The translations under genes were made by a program, and so were the position numbers. DNA of 64,000 bases from Myxococcota bacterium (GTDB lineage: Bacteria > Myxococcota_A > UBA9042 > PHBI01 > JAWLBL01): assembly GCA_041687695.1 (NCBI GenBank), contig JAWLBL010000024.1, forward strand, positions 13,047 through 77,046, read 5' to 3'. Positions within the stretch are counted from its first letter, which is position 1; each line of letters begins with the position of its first letter. The notes below the pieces were generated by a model, which was not told where the DNA came from, searched no databases, and was given only the letters and a program-made list of their open reading frames with translations. Of the stretch, positions 8,485-16,155 are shown one piece after another.

Positions 8485-8639
8485 GCGTGCTCCCAGCTCT
8501 GCATCCAGGGCTTCGCCAGGTAGCGATCCCAGCCGTCGCACATCACCGTGCTGACCGGACCCGACAAGGGGAGGTCGCAGCCTACGGGCTCGAGACGAGC
8601 GAGCGGCGTGTCGCCGATACGGGCGAGGACGCTCTGCAT
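8481..8639 (-). pseudogene. Cysteine synthase family gene with a large in-frame internal deletion
   Basis: N-terminus MQSVLARIGDTPLARL is joined directly to C-terminus GPVSTVMCDGWDRYL. Only 52 aa, with no PLP-lysine region. Confidence 0.75.
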
Positions 8640-8992
8640 CAGAACACGAGCGTGCGGTCGGCCCACTGCACCCAGTCGGTCAGCGCTTCGAGCGTGCTCC
8701 GCCGGGTGCTCGCGCTCAGCTCGTCGACGGTGATGCCGCGGGCGTCCATGCAGGTCCCGCACACGCCGATCTCGCCGCCGCCGCGGCCGGCCACCTTCAG
8801 CATCCGCTCGATGTTGTAGTAGCCGTTCGGGGTCTGCTGCCCGCGCTTGGTGCAGGCCGCCGCGTCGCCCATGAGGAACACCCGGATCTCCTCGCCGTCG
8901 CGCTTGGCGAGGGCTCCGGCCAGGCGCAGCCCGTCGTAGCTGCGCTCGGTGCCGTAGGGAGGATCGTTGAGGATGAAGAGGGTCTTGGCCAC
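8639..8992 (-). CDS. DsrE/YchN family sulfur relay protein
   Basis: LFILNDPPYGTERSY, VFLMGDA and CGTCMDARG. GTG start with an AGGAG RBS. Confidence 0.9.
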   Translation of the reverse strand: MAKTLFILNDPPYGTERSYDGLRLAGALAKRDGEEIRVFLMGDAAACTKRGQQTPNGYYNIERMLKVAGRGGGEIGVCGTCMDARGITVDELSASTRRSTLEALTDWVQWADRTLVF

Positions 8993-8994
8993 GG

Positions 8995-10563
8995 TCAGGC
9001 TCCTCGTGAGGTGAGCGGACGCTGGGCCAGCCACGCCTGCGTGCCGCCGCACAGCGAGCGCACGGAGGCGAAGCCGAGCTCGCGCAGGAGCGCGGCGCCC
9101 TGCTCGGAGCGGCCGCCGCCTTTGCCGCAGGCGGTGACCAGCAGCGCGTCCGTGGACAGCTCGGCGGCTCGGTCGGCCAGCACGTCGAGGGGGATGTTCA
9201 GCGCGCCGTCCACGTGCGCCTCGGCGTACTCGTCGCGAGACCGCACGTCGATGATGACCGCCCCCGGCAACCGCGCGAGCGCCTCGGGCTCGATGCAGCT
9301 CGCGCCCGCCTTCGCAGGCTCCGATGGCTCCTTGCGCCGCAGCGTCTCGCGCATGCGCACGGCGACCACCACGCCCGACGCGAAGGTCAGCGCGGCGATG
9401 GTGAGCGTGGCGGCCGAGAGCCCGAAGGCGTCGGCCACCATGCCCGCCAGGAGCGCCCCGACGGCGTAGCCCATGTCTCGCCAAAGGCGATAGACGCCGA
9501 CGGACGAGGCCCGCCAGCTCGGGTGGGCGACGTCGCCGATCGCCGCGAGCAGGGTCGGGTAGACCATCGCGGTCCCGAGCCCGAGCAGCACCGCGCCGGT
9601 CGCGAACACCGCGAAGCTCGAGCCCAGCGCGATGACCACGATGCCCGCCGCCTGCGTCCACATGCCGGCGACGATCAGCCCCTTGCGGCCGACGCGATCG
9701 GACCACGCCCCGGTCACGAGCTGGGCGAGCCCCCAGACGGCCGGGTAGATGGCCGCGAGCGTGCCGATCTCGGCGAGCGACACATTCGCGGCGGCGAACA
9801 CGAGCGGGAACAGCCCCCAGGCCATGCCGTCGTTGAGGTTGTTGACCATGCCCGCCTGGCTCACCGACGACAGGTCGGGGTCGGTGAAGCTGGTGCGGGC
9901 GATGACCTCGCGCTGCGAGAGGGTGTCGTGCGCCGCCGTGCCCGCGAGCTTCGACTCGTGGTCGACGTGGTGCAGCGTCTCCTTGACCGCGAAGACCGAG
10001 AGCAGCGTGCCGAGGGCCACGAAGCCGACGCCGAGGTAGAAGGGCTGGGGCCGCAGGCCGACCTCGGCCGCGATGAAGCCCGTCGCCAAGGCCGACAGCG
10101 CGACCGCGAAGTAGCCGGCGAACTCGTTGAGACCCATGGCCAGGCCGCGGTTCTTCGGGCCGGCGAGGTCGATCTTCATGATGACCGTCGTCGACCAGGT
10201 GAGCCCCTGGCTGACGCCGAGCAGCACGTTGGCCGCGAGGATCCAGGTCCATGACGGCGCCCACATCAAGAGGAACGGCACCGGCGCGGCGACGAGCCAG
10301 CCGGCGACGAGGACGTGCTTGCGCCCGAAGCGATTGGACCACCGACCGGCGAAGTAGTTGGTCAGCGCCTTGGTGACGCCGAAGACGACGATGAACGAGA
10401 GGATCGCGGTGCGTGCGGCGAGCTGGAACTCGTCCTCGGCGATGGCGGGCAGGATGCTGCGCTCCATGCCGACCACGGCGCCGACGAAGGCGTTGACGAG
10501 GACGAGCAACGAAAACTGAGCCCAGTTCTCGCGCAGACCGAGTTGGATGGCGGGCCTGCTCAT
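8995..10563 (-). CDS. MFS transporter with a C-terminal rhodanese domain
   Basis: Multiple TM helices with SNRFGRK and SDRVGRK motifs. C-terminal IIDVRSRDEYAEAHVDGALNIP...CGKGGGRS...LCGGTQAW. Confidence 0.9.
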   Translation of the reverse strand: MSRPAIQLGLRENWAQFSLLVLVNAFVGAVVGMERSILPAIAEDEFQLAARTAILSFIVVFGVTKALTNYFAGRWSNRFGRKHVLVAGWLVAAPVPFLLMWAPSWTWILAANVLLGVSQGLTWSTTVIMKIDLAGPKNRGLAMGLNEFAGYFAVALSALATGFIAAEVGLRPQPFYLGVGFVALGTLLSVFAVKETLHHVDHESKLAGTAAHDTLSQREVIARTSFTDPDLSSVSQAGMVNNLNDGMAWGLFPLVFAAANVSLAEIGTLAAIYPAVWGLAQLVTGAWSDRVGRKGLIVAGMWTQAAGIVVIALGSSFAVFATGAVLLGLGTAMVYPTLLAAIGDVAHPSWRASSVGVYRLWRDMGYAVGALLAGMVADAFGLSAATLTIAALTFASGVVVAVRMRETLRRKEPSEPAKAGASCIEPEALARLPGAVIIDVRSRDEYAEAHVDGALNIPLDVLADRAAELSTDALLVTACGKGGGRSEQGAALLRELGFASVRSLCGGTQAWLAQRPLTSRGA

Positions 10564-11222
10564 GTGAGGCCTCCTGCGGCATCGAGCGTGTGGACGGACA
10601 CATCGCTGCGGCGCGCGTCGAAGCCGAGCTCGCGCAGCCGCCGGACGGCCTCGGCCGACAGCGTGCAGAACGGACCCCGGCAGTAGGCGACGATGGTTCG
10701 GTCCCGCGGGAGCTCGCCGAGCCGCGACTCCAGCAGCGGCAGCGGCACCGAGAGCGCGCCGGGCAGGTGCCCTTCGGCGAACTCTCGTTCGGGGCGCACG
10801 TCGAGCAGCGTCACGTCGCGGGCGTGCAGGCGCTCGAGCAGCGTGTCCCGGTCGAGCGGCTCGAGGCCAGCGGGGTCATCGAAGAACTCCCGGGTCAGCT
10901 TCTCGAGCCCTGCGATGTGCTGGGCCGCGACGTCCTGGAGGTGCACGAGCAGCTCGGCGACGTCGCTGCCGGCGAGCGAGTAGACGACGTGGAGGCCGTC
11001 GCGCTCGGTGGAGACGAGCTGGGCGCGCTTGAGCGCCTGCAGGTGGTGCGAGGTGTTCGCCACCGACTGATCGATCTCGCCGGCGAGCACCTCCACCGTC
11101 CGCGGCGCCTGGGCGAGCAGCTCCAAAATCTCGAGCCGCGCCGGGCTCGACAGCGCCTTTCCGACCTCGGCGAGGTGGGCGTAGGCGGCGTTCTTGAAGG
11201 TTCGGGACCTGGACTTCGACAC
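10560..11222 (-). CDS. ArsR/SmtB family regulator fused to a rhodanese domain
   Basis: KALSSPARLEILELL...TSHHLQAL HTH, then LLDVRPEREFAEGHLPGA and YCRGPFC. Confidence 0.92.
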   Translation of the reverse strand: MSKSRSRTFKNAAYAHLAEVGKALSSPARLEILELLAQAPRTVEVLAGEIDQSVANTSHHLQALKRAQLVSTERDGLHVVYSLAGSDVAELLVHLQDVAAQHIAGLEKLTREFFDDPAGLEPLDRDTLLERLHARDVTLLDVRPEREFAEGHLPGALSVPLPLLESRLGELPRDRTIVAYCRGPFCTLSAEAVRRLRELGFDARRSDVSVHTLDAAGGLT

Positions 11223-11246
11223 GTTGACCTCGGCGACACGAAGTGC

Positions 11247-11262
11247 TCAAGTGATTACTTGA
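11247..11262. promoter_or_regulatory. Palindromic operator, probable ArsR box
   Basis: TCAAGT-gatt-ACTTGA is a perfect inverted repeat about 25 bp upstream of the ArsR gene. Confidence 0.65.
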
Positions 11263-11400
11263 ATACGGCCCATGACGGAGCAAGTCAAGGCGCGGACGCG
11301 ACTCCGCAACGCCAGCGTGGGAGCGCGAGGGCCGACGAGAGCACCACGGCCGCTCGTCGCCGACGCTGCGTCGCGCGAAAGCACCGAAAAATCGGGCATG

Positions 11401-11532
11401 AAACGACGAGAGTCCCCGGGGTGACCGCCGAGGCTCTCTGTAGACCGCCCACCGTCGATGACTCGCGGTGGGGTAAGACGGCTCAAATGGGGCCTGGCTT
11501 GCCCGACGCATGAGTGCCCCGCGGGACTACAG
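11401..11532. repeat. att-like junction 1 (arm X - GGCTC - arm Y)
   Basis: 11401-11484 matches 15828-15914, and 11480-11532 matches 12188-12240. Confidence 0.85.
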
Positions 11533-11647
11533 CTGGCGCCGTGAACCCTTGGAACCGCGAACTTCGCCGGCCGTCCGAGGGCCTGCGTCGACCCGTGGGG
11601 CGTGTCCGTCGTCATCGAAGCGGGCGGCTGCGACGAAACCGCCGAGG

Positions 11648-11950
11648 TCACCCGCGCAGCGCCGCGACCCACTCGCGGATCGTCGCGCAGGCTTCGTCGA
11701 GCGGGATGCGTGGGCCCCAGAACACCGGCGCGATCTTCGCCTAGGCCCGTGCGACGCTAGCGCGCTTGTCCGGGTCGTCGAGCACCAGCGACGGGTCGTC
11801 GGCGCTCGGCAGGGCGGCGATGCCCTTGTCTGCGAACATGTCCTCGGCCAGGGCGAGGGTGGAGGTCTCGGTCGGGGGGAGCCGGTCGAGCGCCTGGATG
11901 ATCCGGGCGGCGTCCTCGTAGTGACACACGAAGGCGTCCGCCTCGACCAC
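11648..11950 (-). pseudogene. C-terminal gene remnant with an internal stop, possibly an AbiEii-like nucleotidyltransferase
   Basis: AFVCHYEDAARII...KRASVARA*AKIAPVFWGPRIPLDEACATIREWVAALRG*. The 5' end is replaced by repeat arm Z. Family assignment is from memory. Confidence 0.5.
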
Positions 11951-12192
11951 GGCTCGGGTCGCTGGCCCGAGCCCGACATTCGGACCAGAAATGCAGGAAG
12001 GCCCACCCCCTGGTGGGGGCGGCCTTCCTGGTCTCTGGCTCCGGCGGTTGGACTCGAACCGACACCTGCCTCGCGTGCGCTCGGTCGGACGCCCGCTTCG
12101 CGGGCTCGGGTCGCTGGCCCGAGCCCGACATCCGGGCCAGAAATGCAAGAAGGCCACCCCCTGGCGGGGGCGGCCTTCTTGGTTTCTGGCTC
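11951..12192. repeat. Two direct copies of a ~90-bp arm Z (11951-12041, 12103-12192), each ending in TGGCTC
   Basis: About 7 differences over ~90 bp. Each copy contains a GC-rich terminator-like hairpin. Confidence 0.9.
12036..12060 (-). repeat. Duplicated 3' end of tRNA-Asn (att remnant)
   Basis: tggctccggcggttggactcgaacc versus tggctccggctgttggactcgaacc at 15909-15933 (24/25 identical). Confidence 0.9.
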
Positions 12193-12379
12193 AAATAGGG
12201 CCTACCTTGCCGGACGCATGAGTGCCCCGTTGGTTTACAGGGCGGCCGCGTAAGTCGCTGGAATCACGCGACTCCATCTCGCCCGTCCGCGACGCCCGCC
12301 GGCGTGTGGCTCGTGCCCATCGCCGTCACTCCGGGAGGCTACGGCGAACCGCAGGGCCTGAACCCTCATGATGAACCAC

Positions 12380-12412
12380 TTGCAAAAGGTTACGCGTCGC
12401 GTTACTTTTTGC
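12380..12412 (+). promoter_or_regulatory. Sigma70-type promoter overlapped by an inverted repeat (probable AbiEi operator)
   Basis: TTGCAA-N17-TACTTT, inside the imperfect palindrome gcaaaaggttacgcgtcgcgttactttttgc. Confidence 0.6.
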
Positions 12413-12425
12413 GCGAGGTTCAGCG

Positions 12426-13220
12426 ATGGCGAGTCCCGGCACCCTACATGAGTGGATCGAGGCGCTCCCCGAGGAGGGGAGGTACGTCTTCGCGCGTCCG
12501 GACGTCGACGCGGTGACCGATGCCTCCGCCGCGGCCATCAAGATGACGCTCTACCGGCTGAAGCAGAGCGGCGCCATCGTCACGCCGAGGCGAGACTTCT
12601 TCGTCGTGGTGCCGCGGGAGTACCGCGCGGCCGGCTGCCCGCCGGCGACCTGGTTCATCGACGACCTCATGCGTCACATGGGCCGGCGCTACTACGTCGG
12701 GCTGCTGACCGCGGCTGCGCTCCACGGGGCGGGGCATCAGCAGCCCATGGCCTTCCAGGTGATGGTGGACTCGGCCGAGCGCGACATCGAGGTGGGGCGC
12801 GTCCGCATCGACTTCCACATGAGCAGCGTCTTCGATGGCGCGGCAACGCAGCCCATGCAGACCGAGACCGGCACGATGCAGGTCGCGACGCCCGAGACGA
12901 CCGCCTTCGATCTCGTGCGCTTCCCAGCCGCGGCGGGGTACTGGAGCAACATCGCGACGGTCCTCGCCGAACTCGCGGAGAAGCTCGACCCCGAGGCGCT
13001 CGCCGCCGGCGCCGCGCGCATGGCGAGGACGGACGTGCAGCGCCTCGGCTGGCTCCTCGACTTCGTGGAGCAGCCGGACCTCGCGGGCGCCCTCGCCGCC
13101 ACGGTTGAGGGTAAGCGCCTGCTGCCGACCCCGCTCACGGGGGCCCGCGAGTCGGCCGACGCCCCCCTCGACCCCCGCTGGCACGTGCTGGTCAACGACG
13201 ACGTGGAGCCCGACCTGTGA
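12426..13220 (+). CDS. Type IV toxin-antitoxin antitoxin, AbiEi family
   Basis: N-terminal wHTH, YYVGLLTAAALHGAGHQQP and VATPETTAFDL. Coupled to the downstream toxin. Confidence 0.9.
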   Translation: MASPGTLHEWIEALPEEGRYVFARPDVDAVTDASAAAIKMTLYRLKQSGAIVTPRRDFFVVVPREYRAAGCPPATWFIDDLMRHMGRRYYVGLLTAAALHGAGHQQPMAFQVMVDSAERDIEVGRVRIDFHMSSVFDGAATQPMQTETGTMQVATPETTAFDLVRFPAAAGYWSNIATVLAELAEKLDPEALAAGAARMARTDVQRLGWLLDFVEQPDLAGALAATVEGKRLLPTPLTGARESADAPLDPRWHVLVNDDVEPDL

Positions 13221-14041
13221 TCCCGAGAGCGAGCATCACCGCGTGGCGCAAGGCCGCGCCCTGGCCCGACAACACCCAGGTCGAGCAGGACCTCGTGCTC
13301 TCCCGCGCGCTCGTCGAGCTCTTCCGCCGCCCAGCGTTCGCAGAGGGCGCCGTGTTCCGCGGCGGCACCGCGCTGCACAAGCTCTTCTTCGAACCGCCCG
13401 GTCGCTACTCCGAAGACATCGATCTGGTGCAGCGCACGGCGGGGCCGATCGGCCCGCTCGTCGGCGAGATCCGCGCCGCGCTCGACCCCTGGCTCGGCAC
13501 GCCCAAATGGAAGGCCGGTCAGGGCCGCTTCACCCTCTACTACCGCTTCGACACGACCTTCACGCCCGTCGTGCAGATGCGCGTGAAGATCGAGATCAAC
13601 ACACGCGAGCACTTCGCCGTCCACGGCTACGCCACGGAGCGGGTGGAGGTCGCGAACCCCTGGTTCTCGGGGCACGCCGACGTGGCGACCTTCAGCCTGC
13701 CCGAGCTCCTCGGGACCAAGCTGCGCGCGCTCTACCAGCGCAAGAAGGGGCGCGATCTCTTCGACCTCGACCTCGCGCTGGACCACCCCGCGTTCGACGG
13801 CGACCGTCTGCTCGCGGCCTTCGAACAGTACATGGCGTTCGGCGGCACGCCGGTGACCCGCGCGCAGTTCGAGGCGAACATGGCGGCGAAGCTCACCGAC
13901 CCGGCGTTCCTCACCGACGTGCCCCCGCTCTTGAGGACGGGCCTCGAGCATGACGCCGCCGCGGCATGGGCGCGCGTCCACGCGGCGCTCGTCAGCCGTC
14001 TCCCCGGCGATCCGTGGAAGGGGGACGGCGATGCGCGCTGA
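13217..14041 (+). CDS. Type IV toxin-antitoxin toxin, AbiEii nucleotidyltransferase
   Basis: QVEQDL, FRGGTALHKL, RYSEDIDL, KIEINTREH and KLRALYQRKKGRDLFDL. Confidence 0.93.
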   Translation: MIPRASITAWRKAAPWPDNTQVEQDLVLSRALVELFRRPAFAEGAVFRGGTALHKLFFEPPGRYSEDIDLVQRTAGPIGPLVGEIRAALDPWLGTPKWKAGQGRFTLYYRFDTTFTPVVQMRVKIEINTREHFAVHGYATERVEVANPWFSGHADVATFSLPELLGTKLRALYQRKKGRDLFDLDLALDHPAFDGDRLLAAFEQYMAFGGTPVTRAQFEANMAAKLTDPAFLTDVPPLLRTGLEHDAAAAWARVHAALVSRLPGDPWKGDGDAR

Positions 14042-14102
14042 CGTGCGAGCCGGCCGCCTTCGCCGGCGTCCCTTCATCATCCGCTGACGCGCGAGGTCGA
14101 CG

Positions 14103-15440
14103 ATGTTCACCTCGCGTGGTCAACCCGTTCTCCGTTGCGCCATCTACACCCGCCAGTCGGTCGCGCGCGGCGAGCAGGACCTGACCTCGTGCGACGTGCA
14201 GCGCGAGCGCTGCGAGGACTACGTGCGGGCCATGCAGTACGAGGGCTGGGTCGCCCTCGACGAGCGCTTCGACGACCTCGGTGTGAGCGGCGGCAGCCTC
14301 GAGCGGCCCGCGCTGCGGCGCCTGCTCTCGTGGTGTGCGCAGGGTCGGGTCGACGTCGTGGTGGTCACGAGCCTCGACCGGCTCGCCCGCAAGATGTCCG
14401 ACTGGGTGCGGCTCAACGACTGGCTGAAGCAGGCCAGCGTCGAGCTGGTGATCTTGCAGGGCGCCGGCGGGGCACGTGGGCCGCTCGCCGAACTCGTGAA
14501 CAACGTGGTAGCGAGCCTGGCCGAGTTCGAGCGCGACATCATCCGCGAGCGGCTGCGCGAGGCGAAAGGGCGGGCTCGCGCTCGCGGGCGTCGTGCCGCC
14601 GGACGCGTGCCGCTCGGCTACCGGGCGGACCCGAACACGCGGCAGCTCGTCGTCGACGAGGACGAGGCTGCGCTGGTGCGGGCGTTCTTCGAGCGCTGCG
14701 CCGCCGGCGAGTCGGGCGCGGCGATCGCCGCTTGGGCGAACGCGGCGGGCCACCGAACCAAGGTCCATGGAGGCAAGGGCGGCGCGAAGTGGACGGGGCG
14801 CTCGGTGCTGCAGGTGGTCCGCAACCCGATCTACGTCGGCCGTCGCGCTCACGGAGAGGGCACGGTCGAGGGCGTGCACGAGGCGATCGTCGACGAGGAC
14901 CTCGCCCGGCGCGCCTTCGCGGCGCTCGACGCCCGGCGCACGCGCGAGCCGTCGCCTCGGTCGAAGACGCCGCAGTGGGACCAGGACCCGTGGATGCTGC
15001 GCGCGCTGCTGCGCTGCACCGGCTGCGGGCGCGTGATGACGACGACGGCCTCGGCGGCGGTCACGATGGAGAACGCCGACGAGGTCCCGCGCTACTACCG
15101 CTGCCGAGGGGACGCCGCGCGCCCGGCTTGCACACCGCCGGTGCAGGTCGCCGCGCGCCACGTCGAGGCGCGGGTGCTGACCGTGCTTCGCGAGGCGCAC
15201 ATCTCCTGGTTCCGCGACGACCGCTCGCGCGGCTTCCTCGAGGCCCTCGCGCCCGCGTGGGACACGTGGCAGCGCGACGACGTGGGCGCCCGCAACGCGA
15301 TGGTGCGCGGGCTCGTGTGGAGCGCCGAGTGGGATCGCGAGCTCGGGCTGACGAAGCTCGTGCTCGACGACATCACCGTCGACGCCTTCATTGACGAGGA
15401 CCCGGTGCTCGTCGAGACGCTCCCGGCCCGCGCCGAGTAG
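14103..15440 (+). CDS. Large serine recombinase (resolvase, recombinase and Zn-ribbon domains)
   Basis: AIYTRQS, DLGVSGGSLERPAL, LDRLAR, LAEFERDIIRER, PLGY, NPIYVG, HEAIVD and CTGCG...YYRC. Confidence 0.92.
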   Translation: MFTSRGQPVLRCAIYTRQSVARGEQDLTSCDVQRERCEDYVRAMQYEGWVALDERFDDLGVSGGSLERPALRRLLSWCAQGRVDVVVVTSLDRLARKMSDWVRLNDWLKQASVELVILQGAGGARGPLAELVNNVVASLAEFERDIIRERLREAKGRARARGRRAAGRVPLGYRADPNTRQLVVDEDEAALVRAFFERCAAGESGAAIAAWANAAGHRTKVHGGKGGAKWTGRSVLQVVRNPIYVGRRAHGEGTVEGVHEAIVDEDLARRAFAALDARRTREPSPRSKTPQWDQDPWMLRALLRCTGCGRVMTTTASAAVTMENADEVPRYYRCRGDAARPACTPPVQVAARHVEARVLTVLREAHISWFRDDRSRGFLEALAPAWDTWQRDDVGARNAMVRGLVWSAEWDRELGLTKLVLDDITVDAFIDEDPVLVETLPARAE

Positions 15441-15908
15441 GACGTCAGACGCTCAATGCACCGACGACGCGTCGGCACGAGAACCACGGTGCGCGTCTCC
15501 TGACGTCTCATCGCCGCTGCGTGCTCTCGACGCCGCCGAAAGGGGGAGGTGGATGCTATTCGCGCTCCGGGAGCTTGTGGCGAGTCGGCCGACGGAGACG
15601 CGCCCGCGCGCGCCGAAAAGCGCTGTCGGGATGTCCCACTCGCCGCTGTAAACCGGGTGCTCTTTGGTGTTAAGCGCCCGGACGCGTCTCCAGGTGTCTG
15701 CGGGCCCGTCGAGAGCCCGTTTCGATCCCTCGGCGGCGTCTCGCGAGGTGGCCGTGGCTCTGGTGCTCGTCCACGGCTCGCTCCGCCGTCGTCGCGGTAC
15801 CTCGCGCAAGCCCGCGTCAACAGGCCAAAAACGGCGAGAGCCCCGACGGCGTGACCGTCGAGGCTCTCTGTAAACCGCCCACCGTCGATGACTCGCGGTG
15901 GGGTAAAA

Positions 15909-15984
15909 TGGCTCCGGCTGTTGGACTCGAACCAACGACCTAGCGGTTAACAGCCGCTTGCTCTACCGACTGAGCTAAGCCGGA
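15909..15984 (-). tRNA. tRNA-Asn (GTT)
   Basis: TCCGGCTTAGCTCAGTCGGTAGAGCAAGCGGCTGTTAACCGCTAGGTCGTTGGTTCGAGTCCAACAGCCGGAGCCA: 76 nt, cloverleaf, encoded CCA. Confidence 0.97.
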
Positions 15985-16155
15985 ATATAGGGGGGAGCGC
16001 CCGTCGTGGTGGGGCCGCCCGCTGTCGTGAGGGGCTATGTAGGGCCGGTCGGGGAGGGTGTCAAGCGGGAAGTTGTTGAGGGCTGGGAGGGGGATCGGCG
16101 ATGGAGCTTGCGAAAGGGCGGGGAGGGTGGTTGGGTGGGGGCGAAGGGAGACGCC

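Larger units (their letters stand above)
12188..15914. mobile_element. Minimal integrative element at the tRNA-Asn 3' end (AbiE TA plus large serine recombinase)
   Basis: Bounded by GGCTC cores at 12188 and 15910. Its inner arms Y and X are found joined at 11401-11532. Confidence 0.75.

Noticed and set aside
12036..12110. Second tRNA gene
   Set aside because: Only about 25 nt of the 3' end match. No anticodon or D arm follows.
11401..12260. Possible CRISPR array in the repeat cluster
   Set aside because: Repeats are 50-90 bp with only two copies each and no regular spacers, and there are no cas genes. They are better explained as att arms.
15441..15827. Small ORFs or a directionality factor between the recombinase and the tRNA
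   Set aside because: Candidate ORFs lack codon bias and motifs. Only a gacgtcag/ctgacgtc inverted repeat is evident.
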